Shown here: piece after piece, positions 1 through 10,178 of the stretch
How the letters are laid out: the number at the start of each line of letters is the position of its first letter
How positions within the stretch are numbered: the first letter of the stretch is position 1
From: an uncultured Thermoplasmata archaeon
Lineage (GTDB): Archaea > Thermoplasmatota > Thermoplasmata > Halarchaeoplasmatales > Halarchaeoplasmataceae
DNA: 64,000 nt
Direction of reading: 5' to 3'
Assembly: GCA_964602715.1 (NCBI GenBank)
Contig: CAZRSB010000002.1
Coordinates: forward strand, 1,309-65,308
Program-made: the position numbers and the translations under genes
Notes under the pieces: generated by a model
What the model was told of the DNA's origin: nothing
Seen by the model: only the letters and a program-made list of their open reading frames with translations
Databases searched by the model: none

Positions 1-914
1 CGGATCTACAACCCGAGCAAGAAGAAGATCACTTATTGACGGTAAATTTAGTCGAAGGTGAGGGCAGTATAGAAGTAGAATGGGACGGAGAATCACATAC
101 TGTTGAAGACGAAGATAGTTTTGAAATATCACATGGTACGGAAGTGACATTGACTGCTGAACCCGATGAGGAAGATGTCGAGATATGGTGGACAGGAGCA
201 ATCCCAGAGGATGAAAATAGAGAAGATGAGATAACTATAACTATGGATGAAGCTAAAACTGTCAGGGCACGATTTCTTGAAAAAATAAATTTATCTTTAC
301 AAGTATTTGGCCAAGGAAATGTTACAATTGAATATTGGGATGAAAGAGAAGAGGATTGGCTCGAAGTGGAAGAATCACCAGTATCTAGTGATGATGAGAT
401 GACTCAACAGGTATGGAAAGGAATAGAATTACGAATAGAAGCAGATCCAGACGAAGATCACAGACTAGAAAGATGGGAAGGAGTACCGTATGATGAAGAT
501 GAAGAATATTTCGAAATAACCGTCGAAGAAGATTTGGATATAGAAGCACATTTTGAGGAGATACTTTATCAAACATTGGATCTTGAGATCACTGATGGAG
601 GAAGAGTAGTAATTCGATGGGTACATGAGGAATATGATATATCTAGGCGGCTTAGTTACTCAGATGATACAGAAATTAGAATTGAGCAAGGTTCTAAGGT
701 GACATTAGAAGCAGAACCCGAGATGGACTTCGAATTAGTTGAATGGACAGGTGACATAGAAGATACAGATGATATAATCGAGTTTGATATGGACAGCGAT
801 ATGCAAATCACTGCCAATTTTGATGAAGAAAGTAGATTCCCTGGTTTTACAATGACTCTTTTGCTCCCCGCGATCGCACTTGCTGTACTAATATATCATA
901 AAAAAGAGAGATAA
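1..914 (+). CDS. 5'-truncated surface protein (the reading frame is open to the window start) with InlB B-repeat-like domains and a PGF-CTERM sorting signal
   Basis: Frame is open to position 1; the annotated start is a TTG. It contains repeated ~70-aa modules (VEWTGD / ITITMDE / ANFDEE) matching those in the C-terminal half of the 3419..8158 protein. It ends RFPGFTMTLLLPAIALAVLIYHKKER, i.e. a PGF motif followed by a transmembrane helix and a basic tail. Confidence 0.6.
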   Translation, partial: DLQPEQEEDHLLTVNLVEGEGSIEVEWDGESHTVEDEDSFEISHGTEVTLTAEPDEEDVEIWWTGAIPEDENREDEITITMDEAKTVRARFLEKINLSLQVFGQGNVTIEYWDEREEDWLEVEESPVSSDDEMTQQVWKGIELRIEADPDEDHRLERWEGVPYDEDEEYFEITVEEDLDIEAHFEEILYQTLDLEITDGGRVVIRWVHEEYDISRRLSYSDDTEIRIEQGSKVTLEAEPEMDFELVEWTGDIEDTDDIIEFDMDSDMQITANFDEESRFPGFTMTLLLPAIALAVLIYHKKER

Positions 915-1029
915 AACCGATTACACTCCTTCAATTTTTCTTTAATTTTTTTTACAAAACAAAACTTTTTGGCTCCTCAACAAAATATAAATAACGCTAA
1001 AGAGACTATTCCATGTTATCTTTGATAAA

Positions 1030-2367
1030 ATGATAAAAAAAGAAAAAAAGGTAAGCTTTAAAAGTATATTCTGTATATCAGTAGTTATCATATTATCGAT
1101 TACACTTTTCACACCCGTTTTTGTTGCCGAAGGTCGTCTTTCAGACTCTTCATGGCCGAAGATAAACAGAAACAATCGGAATACTGGTAGACTTGAAGAG
1201 GGGGAAGAGTTAACAAATCAGACTCAATGGACTTTTGAGACTGGAGATATGATAGACGGGTCACCCGTTATCGGTCCAGATGGATCAATTTATATCGGTT
1301 CATATGATGGTCATCTTTACGCATTGCGTGAAGATGGTACAGAGATATGGTCTTACAATGCTTCCTCAGCGATCTCATCTACCCCGGTTGTGGCTGAAAA
1401 CGGAATGATCTATTTTGTGACAGTAGATGGAGAGTTGTACTCTCTGAACGATGAAGGAGAAAAAAACTGGATGAGAGACGACTTGATCGGTCGTGGGCGA
1501 TTTGGCGAAGCAGTGATTTCATCTCCAGTGATAAGAGAGGATGGCAGTATTTTGGTAGCATCACAGGATGTTTATTCGGTTAGACCTGATGGGACTGAGG
1601 AATGGAATTATACACATAAATTCGAGGGTGAAGATACTTCTAGTCCAGGAGTTGTTCAATCTTCTCCAGCTGTAGATGAAGATGGAGACATATTCTTTGG
1701 TTATAATGTTTACACACCTAATGGTTACATCGGACTCATGATCTCCTTAGATTCAGAGGGAGAGGAAAGATGGGAATACCCTATTAAGGAAGAAGGTGAA
1801 TGGGAATTAGGATCATCGATTTTGTCATCTCCCGCATTGAATCAAGATGGAGATATCTATTTTGGATCACACGATGATAGATTGTATTCTCTAGATAGCG
1901 ATGGAGAGGAAAGATGGAACTATTCGACTGCTGGGTCGATCAGTTCCTCGCCAGCTCTAGGAGAGGATGGTACGATCTATGTCGGTTCTGAGGATGGAAA
2001 CCTATATGCCTTAACTCCTGATGGTGAAAGAGAATGGAATTTTGAAACAGGTGGTGAGGTGTATTCATCGCCTGCTGTCGGACCAGAGGGTATGATATAT
2101 TTTGGTTCTTATGATAATCATACCTATTCTGTTTATCCTAACGGTACAGAGAGATGGAGAGTTGAAACCGGTGATTCGATATTTTCTTCTCCAGCGTTAG
2201 ATTCTGATGGAAGACTTTACATCGCTTCTTTCGATCAAAAGATATACTCTATCGGCGAAGCCATAGAAATGGAAGATATTGAGGACGGATCTCAAATACC
2301 TCAGATGGTAATACCTATCATCATAATTATTTTGTTCCTGGTATTACTAGCTCCTTCAAAATCATAA
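1030..2367 (+). CDS. PQQ-like beta-propeller repeat protein, secreted and C-terminally membrane-anchored
   Basis: N-terminal signal/TM (VVIILSITLFTPVFVA). At least seven repeats of the pattern DG.iYiGS.DG.LYAL....G.E.W (PQQ-type propeller blades). C-terminal hydrophobic helix PIIIIILFLVLLAPSKS. Confidence 0.6.
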   Translation: MIKKEKKVSFKSIFCISVVIILSITLFTPVFVAEGRLSDSSWPKINRNNRNTGRLEEGEELTNQTQWTFETGDMIDGSPVIGPDGSIYIGSYDGHLYALREDGTEIWSYNASSAISSTPVVAENGMIYFVTVDGELYSLNDEGEKNWMRDDLIGRGRFGEAVISSPVIREDGSILVASQDVYSVRPDGTEEWNYTHKFEGEDTSSPGVVQSSPAVDEDGDIFFGYNVYTPNGYIGLMISLDSEGEERWEYPIKEEGEWELGSSILSSPALNQDGDIYFGSHDDRLYSLDSDGEERWNYSTAGSISSSPALGEDGTIYVGSEDGNLYALTPDGEREWNFETGGEVYSSPAVGPEGMIYFGSYDNHTYSVYPNGTERWRVETGDSIFSSPALDSDGRLYIASFDQKIYSIGEAIEMEDIEDGSQIPQMVIPIIIIILFLVLLAPSKS

Positions 2368-2464
2368 ACGTATAAGTAAAGATATAATTAGGAATCAGTG
2401 TTTGTCTCATCAAAAAGTATAATAGTGAGATTCTTTCAATGTTCTTATTGAGATTGAAACAACT

Positions 2465-3130
2465 ATGAGGCAAACTATCATCCTATATGGGCTATACCTC
2501 ATCTATTATTTTTTAATACCAATAGTACCACTGATACTTGTATGGATGATATGGAAAAAGGATGGATACATAAGGAATCTAAAGAGTTATGGGGACCAAA
2601 GAACTAAAAAGAGTGAAGAAACCATAAGAAAAAACGAAAGGACTCTAAAAAAGTTACAGATTGGATTGGTGATTTTCATTGTATTATCAATACCTGCTAT
2701 CAATTTCACTTTTTATGGTATTCAGGAAGAATCTATGGATAGGCAGCGCGTAGTCCGTGGTGCATTTGGCGAATCGCAAATATTCCATCCCTTGGAAGCA
2801 CAATTCGGTCCCAGCTCTGATGTCGACTCAGTGTTAGAAAGTATGAGAGAAGATACCCGACTGGATTGGCACGTGGATGAGATAGAAGAAACAATAGATT
2901 TGGATGAGATAAGTCATATACCCGGTAGGTTAACTGCTTATTATCTCACCAAACGTGAACCCAGAAGAGAAAAAATAGTACTCACCTATAGTTACTATTC
3001 TCCAGTACCAATAACAAGAATCTACGGTTTCCGTCTCTTGGAAGTCGATTCAGAAGAACATTTAGATCTAGCTGAAGAAAAAACTATATTTTATCCAAGG
3101 GATCCTGCAAATGCGGACCCGTTTGATTAG
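2465..3130 (+). CDS. hypothetical membrane protein (two predicted TM helices)
   Basis: ORF with two hydrophobic helices near the N-terminus and an acidic C-terminal domain; I recognise no family. Confidence 0.35.
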   Translation: MRQTIILYGLYLIYYFLIPIVPLILVWMIWKKDGYIRNLKSYGDQRTKKSEETIRKNERTLKKLQIGLVIFIVLSIPAINFTFYGIQEESMDRQRVVRGAFGESQIFHPLEAQFGPSSDVDSVLESMREDTRLDWHVDEIEETIDLDEISHIPGRLTAYYLTKREPRREKIVLTYSYYSPVPITRIYGFRLLEVDSEEHLDLAEEKTIFYPRDPANADPFD

Positions 3131-3373
3131 TTCGACTGAATAGAACAAGAATTTATTAAAATACAAATATACGAAATGTACTTGAAATCTCAAGCCTGTT
3201 CTCTATTGATTTAATTCATACTCGAATATTTGTTCACTGATTTTAGTTGAATTTCTAGCTTTTTAAAATAAGCTAATATACAAATATATGAGATAGAGAC
3301 GAAAAGCAATCCTGAAAATATTAGCAAATTTGTTAATTTTCATTTAAATAATATCATGCGAAAATGAGTAAAC

Positions 3374-3381
3374 TATAAATA
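3374..3381 (+). promoter_or_regulatory. candidate archaeal TATA box (tataaata) for the peptide-transporter operon, with a gaggt Shine-Dalgarno-like motif at 3405..3409
   Basis: AT-rich 290-bp intergenic region. The TATAAATA octamer lies 38 nt upstream of the ATG at 3419; GAGGT lies 10 nt upstream of the ATG. Confidence 0.25.
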
Positions 3382-3418
3382 CCTCGAAAACTCATTACGA
3401 TAGCGAGGTAGAAAACAA

Positions 3419-6400
3419 ATGAATTGGAAAAAAATACTATCTTTAGCGATAGTATCGATTTTAGTATTCAGTGTACTAGTGAGTTTAGGCACACCCGTAA
3501 GTGCTGACGAGCCAGGTGAACCCGTAAATGAGGTGAGTTTTGACACCACATTAGAGATGTCAGAAGGCGCAGCTGCAGCTGCAGAGGGAAATGCACATAT
3601 CTTCATGCACGCTGTAGATGGAGATGTATATCAGGGACTTCCATCAGATATTCTAGCTAACCTAGATCACTGGGAAGTCTTTGGTGGATATAATCCATGG
3701 CTGATAAATCCTGCCCACGAAGGGAACGGTACATCGGAAGCATTGGCCGCAGTAGATGAAGGATGGATAGACGATACCGATGAGATCAATTACCTTGCGC
3801 ACAGTACAGAAGAAGGTTGGACGGTAAATCCGTTTGCCTGCAACGACTTCAGATTCTCTCTGCAGTACTTAGACAGAGTAGGAATGATAGAGGATCTTTT
3901 GGATGGGTTCGGTGAACCTAGATGGGGATCTTTCCTTTCTAGTTCCGACCTTTGGATGGAAGAATTCTATCCCGAGATAAACGAACCGTATGGACTAACC
4001 GGTGAAGGAAACGAAGATCTGATGTGGGATATGTTGGAGTATTCATTAGAAAATATGAAAGACAATATAGCCTTCGGTGAGTTCGAAGGAACTATAGGTG
4101 ATGAATGGACTTATACAAACCCAGATGGTGAAACACACGATATCGAGATAAGAATACCCGCAAGAGTTGAAGACTGGAGAATGGAAAAAGGATATTGGAC
4201 TGAAGATCTGATGCAAGAAATAGGATTTGAGACACACGTAGAGCCAGTTGATTTAGCTGGTGCTTTACCAATGATGCAGGGTGCATCCGACGAATACGAC
4301 AATCTAGAATGGCATGTATTCATGTCAGGTTGGATCTCTACTGCTATAACAGCTTATCATCATTGGGGCAATGCGCACATGTTCTATCCGTGGTATGCTA
4401 TGGAACCTGTTGGTCACGCGCAGCCAGAAGGACACTGGAGTTATGGTGAAGAGGCTTTAGATAACCCGATAGGACCATCTGACGAATTCAGAGAAGAATA
4501 TGAGTTGCCTGAGGAACGACCATTCGAAACTTTAGGAGATGCCAATGAAAGATCAGATGAGCTAACTGATGGTATTGTAGAAGATGAAGAGGAGTATATG
4601 GAAGATATGGTAAGATTAGAATCGGCTGGTGTACAAGAATCAGTGAATTTCTTCCTTGTATCGACGTTAGACTTCTATCCGTACAATCCAGAGATTATGG
4701 AAACCGCTGTTCCTGAAGCTGTAGCGGGATATGACACCTATTTTGGTCCAAGGACGATGAGAACTTATGAAGAACATGGTTGGGACGCAGGTGACTTCCA
4801 AGGCATCATAATGACCGGTGAAGCGCAACCATATATGGATCCATGGAATGTTTATGGAGGTTCTGACGACGTCTACGGTGAATATCAGAGAAGATTTTTG
4901 CGAGAATATTCAGATTGGGCTCATCCACAGACAGGAGAATACATGCAGTTAGGTAATTACTGGGAATCCGAACTTAGTGATGAAAACAGACTGCAGGTCT
5001 TCGAGAGACATGGTGATATAGACTCGTTATATGATGTGGAAGAAACCCATGATATACCAGAGGACGCTGTAAAATATGTGCCTGGCGAAGAGAGATGGAT
5101 GACTGCGGAAGAGATGTTAGAGCTCGATCCTGATGAATTTGAATTGGACTATTTAGAAGATCTAGAGACCGATCTGAAGGTAACGATGGATATACATGAT
5201 TACTATCAATACCATGCGCCAGATGGTTGGGAGCCTGCTGATTTCGATCTGAGTCATGTGATGTTCAACTGGGCTAGAGTTAGGGAACTTGGAGATGAGG
5301 AAGGACCATTCCACTCTGAAACAGCAGATCTCAACAGAGGTGCTTGGGATCAAACTTACGCGTTCGAATTTGATGAGGAGAAAGGAACTTTCACCATATA
5401 CGGTGATTATGAAATGCCAGTAGATAGATTGATAGGCAATTTCTTTTCAACTTTACCAGAAGTTCATCCAACGACTTACTGGGGATTCGACTACTTACAT
5501 GATTCTCCTGATTACGCTTATGAGGCAGGTGAATGGGATCAAATACACCAGCTGATCGACCGTCACTGTCAGGACATGCTTGATGAGCTTGATGAATGGT
5601 ATGACATGCTACCCCCGATGCTGGACGCTGACAATATACCGGAAGAATGGCAGGATGCTCTTGCCTGGGATCTAGATGAATGGCAGGAATCTATAGACTA
5701 TGTTGAAGCGTTTATTGATGAGAGAGAACATGCATTCCTAAGCATTGGACCATTTGAGTTGCTGTATTACGATGAAGACGATCACGAGATGGATATTCAG
5801 CGATTCGAACACTATGGATATCCACAGCCAGGTGAATCGGCCTATGATGTATTAGAAAGAGCAGGTATACCAGAGGACGAATGGGATGATCACGTTGTTG
5901 ATGGAATGGGCGACCATGTGTTTGAGTACGGTTACTGGACTGAACAATTCCACATTGAAGATGTCGACTTCCTTGATGTTTCAGCTCCAGCCAGTGTAGA
6001 CGCTGGATCTACGTTTAACATCGGAGCAGAAGCTACATGGGAGACCTTGTTCCCAGAACCAGGTCAGGCCAATCTAGAGCATATCTTCGATTATCGTTTC
6101 ACCATCAGAGATTCTGTGATGGGCGAAGAACTTCTAGTAATCGGTAGTGAAGATATTGATGCGGAACATTTAGACCTTAGTAGTACTTTTGACGCTTTTG
6201 ATGTACTCGCTGATCTACCGGCAGGAGAGTACCATATCCAGTTCGAGATACAGGTAGAAGAAGGAGATCCGTGGGCACATGAGGCCATACCTATAGTTTT
6301 CGACGCACCAGCAGCACAGATAGAAGGAGATATGGAAGTTGATCCAGCTGATGAGATAGAAGCAGGAGAAACGGCGACGATAACAGCAGACGTAGAAAAC

Positions 6401-8158
6401 ATTGTAGATGTAGATGCTGAACTTCAGATATGGATCGATGGATACGGAGTCGGAGAGATGATCCACACAGAAATGATATCACCGGGAGAACACACCATCG
6501 AAGTCGAGCACACATTTGAGGCTCCGGCTAGGATGAGTCAGATCCAGCTTCACGATGTCGGCGGCTTCCAGTTCGTAGATGAAGTTGAAGAATATGAGGT
6601 ATACGAAGTCTATGAATTAGAGACAGCTTCGACAGAAGGTGGAGAAGTAGTCGCACCTGGAGAAGGAACATTTGAAGAGAAGACAACCCTTGAGAGGGAT
6701 GATGACGCTGAAGATGATGACGCTGAAGAATATATAGTTGTCAATCCTGTGGTAGACTTAGCAGCAGAAGCAGAAGACGGCTATACGTTCTATGGATGGA
6801 CAGACGATGTAGATGGTGCTGATGTAGCACAGATAGCTGATCCAGCAGCCGCAGATACAGAGATCACGATGGTAGATGATCATTCTATTACAGCTGTATT
6901 CGAAGAAGAAAGACCAGACTTTGTGATAACGGACTTCGAAGTCGATCCAGTAGAAGGAGACATCCCACTTGAAGTGACTATAACCGCTGAGATAGAGAAC
7001 GTCGGCGACGCCGAGGGAACTATAGCTTTAGAAACTGATGATGTAGAGATCAACAGTTGGGCCCTCGCACCTGGTGAGGACGCAACAGTAGACGAAACAT
7101 ACACCTACGAAGAAGAAGGTGTGTATGAAGTTCTCCTCGGTGAAGAAAGGATAGAGGTAGTGGCAGGAGATATAGAGACCTTCGAGCTTACCATAAACGC
7201 AGAAGATGGCGGTACGACCGATCCTGAGCCGGATACGTACACTCATGAAGAAGGCGCCGAAGTCACGGTAAAAGCGATCCCGGACGAAGGTTATGTCTTC
7301 GACGAATGGACAGGCGACTACGAAGGAGAGGACGAAGAGATCACCGTAACCATGGACGATGACAAGGAGATAACGGCCCACTTCGAGGCTGAAGAGTATG
7401 AATTGACCATCGATATCGAAGGCGAAGGCACTACCGATCCTGAAGCAGGTACACATTCCTATGATTACGGAGAAGAAGTGACGGTAACAGCTGAAGCAGC
7501 TGATGGATGGGAATTCGTTGAATGGACAGGAGATTACGAAGGAGAAGACGAAGAGATCACGATCACGATGGACGAAGACAAAGAAGTAACAGCCGTATTC
7601 GAAGAGATACCGACCTATGAACTTACAGTGGAGATAGAAGGCGAAGGCGAAGTAGATATAGATCCAGATGAAGATGAATACGAAGAAGGAACAGATGTAA
7701 CATTGACAGCAGACGCAGACGAACATTGGTATTTTGCTGAGTGGACAGGAGATTACGAAGGAGAAGATGAAGAGATAACCATCACGATGGACGAAGATAA
7801 GGATATAACAGCTGTATTCGAAGAGAGCACTTACTCACTCACATTCGAAGTTATAGATGATGATGACGAAGATCCGATAGAAGATGCAGAGATAGTCCTA
7901 GAAAAAGATGGCGAAGAGTGGGAAGGAGAAACTGACGAAGACGGAATTTACACCTTTACAGATCTCGAACCAGGCAACTACGAGTGGGAAGTAAGCCACG
8001 ATGATTACGAGTCCGAAGACGGCGAAATAGACCTAACTGAAGATACCACGATAACGGTGGAACTAGAAGAGGACGTTGGAATACCAGGATTCACAGTAGC
8101 ACTGTTAGCAGTATCTGCATTCATAGCAGTTGCTATCTATTCCAAAAAGAAACAATAA
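3419..8158 (+). CDS. oppA: giant (1579 aa) OppA/DppA-like family-5 substrate-binding protein with C-terminal tandem InlB B-repeat-like domains and a PGF-CTERM anchor
   Basis: Signal peptide (ILSLAIVSILVFSVLVSLGTPVSA). About 130 aa in, TVNPFACNDFRFSLQYLDRVGMIEDLL matches the family-5 SBP signature (NPF...R.A...AIDR). It lies directly upstream of oppBCDF on the same strand. The C-terminal third carries 3 near-identical GYxF(D/V/A)EWTGDYEGEDEEITxTMDEDK modules. The protein ends GIPGFTVALLAVSAFIAVAIYSKKKQ (PGF-CTERM). Confidence 0.6.
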   Translation: MNWKKILSLAIVSILVFSVLVSLGTPVSADEPGEPVNEVSFDTTLEMSEGAAAAAEGNAHIFMHAVDGDVYQGLPSDILANLDHWEVFGGYNPWLINPAHEGNGTSEALAAVDEGWIDDTDEINYLAHSTEEGWTVNPFACNDFRFSLQYLDRVGMIEDLLDGFGEPRWGSFLSSSDLWMEEFYPEINEPYGLTGEGNEDLMWDMLEYSLENMKDNIAFGEFEGTIGDEWTYTNPDGETHDIEIRIPARVEDWRMEKGYWTEDLMQEIGFETHVEPVDLAGALPMMQGASDEYDNLEWHVFMSGWISTAITAYHHWGNAHMFYPWYAMEPVGHAQPEGHWSYGEEALDNPIGPSDEFREEYELPEERPFETLGDANERSDELTDGIVEDEEEYMEDMVRLESAGVQESVNFFLVSTLDFYPYNPEIMETAVPEAVAGYDTYFGPRTMRTYEEHGWDAGDFQGIIMTGEAQPYMDPWNVYGGSDDVYGEYQRRFLREYSDWAHPQTGEYMQLGNYWESELSDENRLQVFERHGDIDSLYDVEETHDIPEDAVKYVPGEERWMTAEEMLELDPDEFELDYLEDLETDLKVTMDIHDYYQYHAPDGWEPADFDLSHVMFNWARVRELGDEEGPFHSETADLNRGAWDQTYAFEFDEEKGTFTIYGDYEMPVDRLIGNFFSTLPEVHPTTYWGFDYLHDSPDYAYEAGEWDQIHQLIDRHCQDMLDELDEWYDMLPPMLDADNIPEEWQDALAWDLDEWQESIDYVEAFIDEREHAFLSIGPFELLYYDEDDHEMDIQRFEHYGYPQPGESAYDVLERAGIPEDEWDDHVVDGMGDHVFEYGYWTEQFHIEDVDFLDVSAPASVDAGSTFNIGAEATWETLFPEPGQANLEHIFDYRFTIRDSVMGEELLVIGSEDIDAEHLDLSSTFDAFDVLADLPAGEYHIQFEIQVEEGDPWAHEAIPIVFDAPAAQIEGDMEVDPADEIEAGETATITADVENIVDVDAELQIWIDGYGVGEMIHTEMISPGEHTIEVEHTFEAPARMSQIQLHDVGGFQFVDEVEEYEVYEVYELETASTEGGEVVAPGEGTFEEKTTLERDDDAEDDDAEEYIVVNPVVDLAAEAEDGYTFYGWTDDVDGADVAQIADPAAADTEITMVDDHSITAVFEEERPDFVITDFEVDPVEGDIPLEVTITAEIENVGDAEGTIALETDDVEINSWALAPGEDATVDETYTYEEEGVYEVLLGEERIEVVAGDIETFELTINAEDGGTTDPEPDTYTHEEGAEVTVKAIPDEGYVFDEWTGDYEGEDEEITVTMDDDKEITAHFEAEEYELTIDIEGEGTTDPEAGTHSYDYGEEVTVTAEAADGWEFVEWTGDYEGEDEEITITMDEDKEVTAVFEEIPTYELTVEIEGEGEVDIDPDEDEYEEGTDVTLTADADEHWYFAEWTGDYEGEDEEITITMDEDKDITAVFEESTYSLTFEVIDDDDEDPIEDAEIVLEKDGEEWEGETDEDGIYTFTDLEPGNYEWEVSHDDYESEDGEIDLTEDTTITVELEEDVGIPGFTVALLAVSAFIAVAIYSKKKQ
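7180..7830. repeat. three tandem ~216-219 bp near-identical DNA repeats encoding duplicated InlB B-repeat-like domains inside oppA
   Basis: Three DNA stretches around 7300-7380, 7520-7600 and 7740-7820 are roughly 85-90% identical to one another (gaatggacaggagattacgaaggagaagacgaagagatcac...). Confidence 0.6.
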
Positions 8159-8188
8159 AAACTAGAGAAAAACAAAAACCCTAAAACC

Positions 8189-8213
8189 CTTTCTTTATCT
8201 TTTTAATTATTTT
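8189..8213 (+). terminator. candidate oligo-T archaeal terminator downstream of oppA
   Basis: T-rich run ccctttctttatctttttaatt immediately after the stop at 8158. Confidence 0.2.
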
Positions 8214-8436
8214 AAAATCAACTAATCAATCTGCTTTTTTAGAGTCAAGGATAAATAATCTAGAGGATATTTATAGCGTGAATCACATTTGATTTAGAAT
8301 TCTTTTTTACAAATCCAATGTTTTCCAAACATATTGGTTTAAAATCTATAGTGTTTAAAACATATAGTAAATATGAAACATCTCATTTTGAGAACAGCAA
8401 CACATATAAATAGTACGAAACACAAATGAACTTTCG

Positions 8437-8883
8437 ATGTCATTCAACATTAACGATGTCAAAATAGATACACCTTCTAAGAAGATAACAATTTCAGTAT
8501 TTATCATTATAATATTGTTTGTGATCACTACGGGTTGTCTGGGAGCTGATGAGGGGGAAGATTTTGAGCAACCAGACGATTTTACCATGGATATCGACTG
8601 GTTTCAGATACAAGATATAGAAGATGAAAAGCAGCAGTTAGATCTTCGGGTAGTCATGAAAAATGAACGTCAAGAAGCTATCTGGATACACTATGGCTAT
8701 TTTGAAATAGAGACAGAAGATGGTACTACCCACCATAATGTTACAGGTGATGAGGGCTATCTAGAAGCAGGTGAAGAGGTCGAACTAAGTCTATCCTTTG
8801 TATTACCAGAAGATTTACAACCAGATATTCTGTGGTTTATTTCTCCGGAAAGTGGCATGGAACCTATCCAATCTCATATTTGA
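8437..8883 (+). CDS. small secreted or lipoprotein-like acidic protein between oppA and oppB
   Basis: Hydrophobic N-terminal segment followed by ITTGCLGAD, a possible lipobox-like Cys. Acidic. No family recognised. Confidence 0.35.
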   Translation: MSFNINDVKIDTPSKKITISVFIIIILFVITTGCLGADEGEDFEQPDDFTMDIDWFQIQDIEDEKQQLDLRVVMKNERQEAIWIHYGYFEIETEDGTTHHNVTGDEGYLEAGEEVELSLSFVLPEDLQPDILWFISPESGMEPIQSHI

Positions 8884-9023
8884 GTTTGAAAGTCAACCCT
8901 CACCAAATTGACACCTGCACGTTAAGATGAAACCTAAATGGACACTTCTTATCGACCCTGTCTCAATAGCCCCTCTCATCAAAAAATTTATATCCGACAT
9001 GAGGTTAATACGATATTGATAAT

Positions 9024-10115
9024 ATGCCAGCATCTTGGAAATATTTCGCTTTCAGGACAGTTAATGTTGTAATTGTACTGATAATTGTTACTTTTATACT
9101 GTCGGCAGCCTTCAGTACTATGGCTGAAGAAGAACTTGAAGTGACCGCTAGAAACCAAGCCGCAGCAGACCTCCAAGCCCGTGATACATGGGGCGAGGAC
9201 GAGGATCCTGCTGAATATTATGAGAACCAGGTAGAAAGATACAGAGAAAGATATAATCTAGATCAACCTAGATGGAGAAGAATATTTGATTCGGCCGTTG
9301 ATGTTTTAGTATTGGACTTTGGAAGGGCTCAGGAGATGGAAGAAGGTGGTAGTAGCCAGGTCACGGATATTATAATGACCTACTTGCCTCGAACTATTTT
9401 GTTGTTTACTACTGCAGCAGCTATCTACACTGCGCTAGGTATACTTGTAGGTCTTAAAGCTGCACAGGTCGCGGGCTCGAAGATGGACAAAGCACTTTCT
9501 CTTTTTGGTATCACAGCTACATCTTTACCGATGTGGTGGATTGGTATGGTTCTGATCGTTATTTTCGTTCACGGTCAAGGATGGTTCCCAAGGCCAAGCC
9601 CTAGATTCCCAGATTACGGAGAGATGGGATTGTGGTCATATTTGTTTAGTTTTGACAGGCACGATCCAGGAATTCTATTCAAAATGTTACTTCCTCTCAC
9701 GGCGATCATAATCAACCTTTTTGGTGGAAGAGCTTGGGTCACCCGAAATCTTGTTACAGGGATTTTGCAGGACGATTATATAATGGCTGCCAGGGCAAAA
9801 GGAGTTCCTGAGAGAAAAGTCATCTATGGACATACTTTGAAGACTGCAGCCCCACCCGTTGTAACCTCCGCTATTCTAGCGTTGCTGATGTCTATGGCAG
9901 GCGCTTTGATTTCTGAGATCATATTCGCATGGCCGGGTATGGGCTATCTATTGAGAACCGCAATATTTACTTATACAGATGTGCCAGTGATTATTGGCGT
10001 GGCCTTTGTCACGGCATTCCTTTACATATTCGGTTATTATATAGCGGATATCCTATACGGATTTTTAGATCCGCGAGTAGAGGTAGGTACGAGTAAACAG
10101 ATGGGTGGTAGATAG
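9024..10115 (+). CDS. oppB: oligopeptide/dipeptide ABC transporter permease (OppB/DppB type)
   Basis: N-terminal TM, long first loop, and ABC transmembrane permease features in the C-terminal half. Operon context with oppCDF. Confidence 0.8.
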   Translation: MPASWKYFAFRTVNVVIVLIIVTFILSAAFSTMAEEELEVTARNQAAADLQARDTWGEDEDPAEYYENQVERYRERYNLDQPRWRRIFDSAVDVLVLDFGRAQEMEEGGSSQVTDIIMTYLPRTILLFTTAAAIYTALGILVGLKAAQVAGSKMDKALSLFGITATSLPMWWIGMVLIVIFVHGQGWFPRPSPRFPDYGEMGLWSYLFSFDRHDPGILFKMLLPLTAIIINLFGGRAWVTRNLVTGILQDDYIMAARAKGVPERKVIYGHTLKTAAPPVVTSAILALLMSMAGALISEIIFAWPGMGYLLRTAIFTYTDVPVIIGVAFVTAFLYIFGYYIADILYGFLDPRVEVGTSKQMGGR

Positions 10116-10132
10116 TGACCTCTAAAAAAATA

Positions 10133-10149
10133 CTTTCTTTTTTCTTTTC
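10133..10149 (+). terminator. T-rich tract after oppB; possible attenuator or weak terminator
   Basis: ctttcttttttcttttc directly after the oppB stop codon. Confidence 0.15.
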
Positions 10150-10178
10150 AATGAGTATCAAAAAAAAACTAGTAAGAT

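Noticed and set aside
7028-7726. 232-aa minus-strand ORF, and several 60-100-aa ORFs, antisense to the oppA repeat region
   Set aside because: They are Cys/Phe-rich and non-acidic, lie entirely inside a confidently coding gene, and are a by-product of its GA-rich repetitive codons. No motif was seen.
7180-7830. Tandem near-identical repeats considered as a possible CRISPR array
   Set aside because: The period is ~216-219 bp with no short spacer/repeat alternation, and the repeats are in-frame protein domain duplications inside oppA. No cas genes are in the window.
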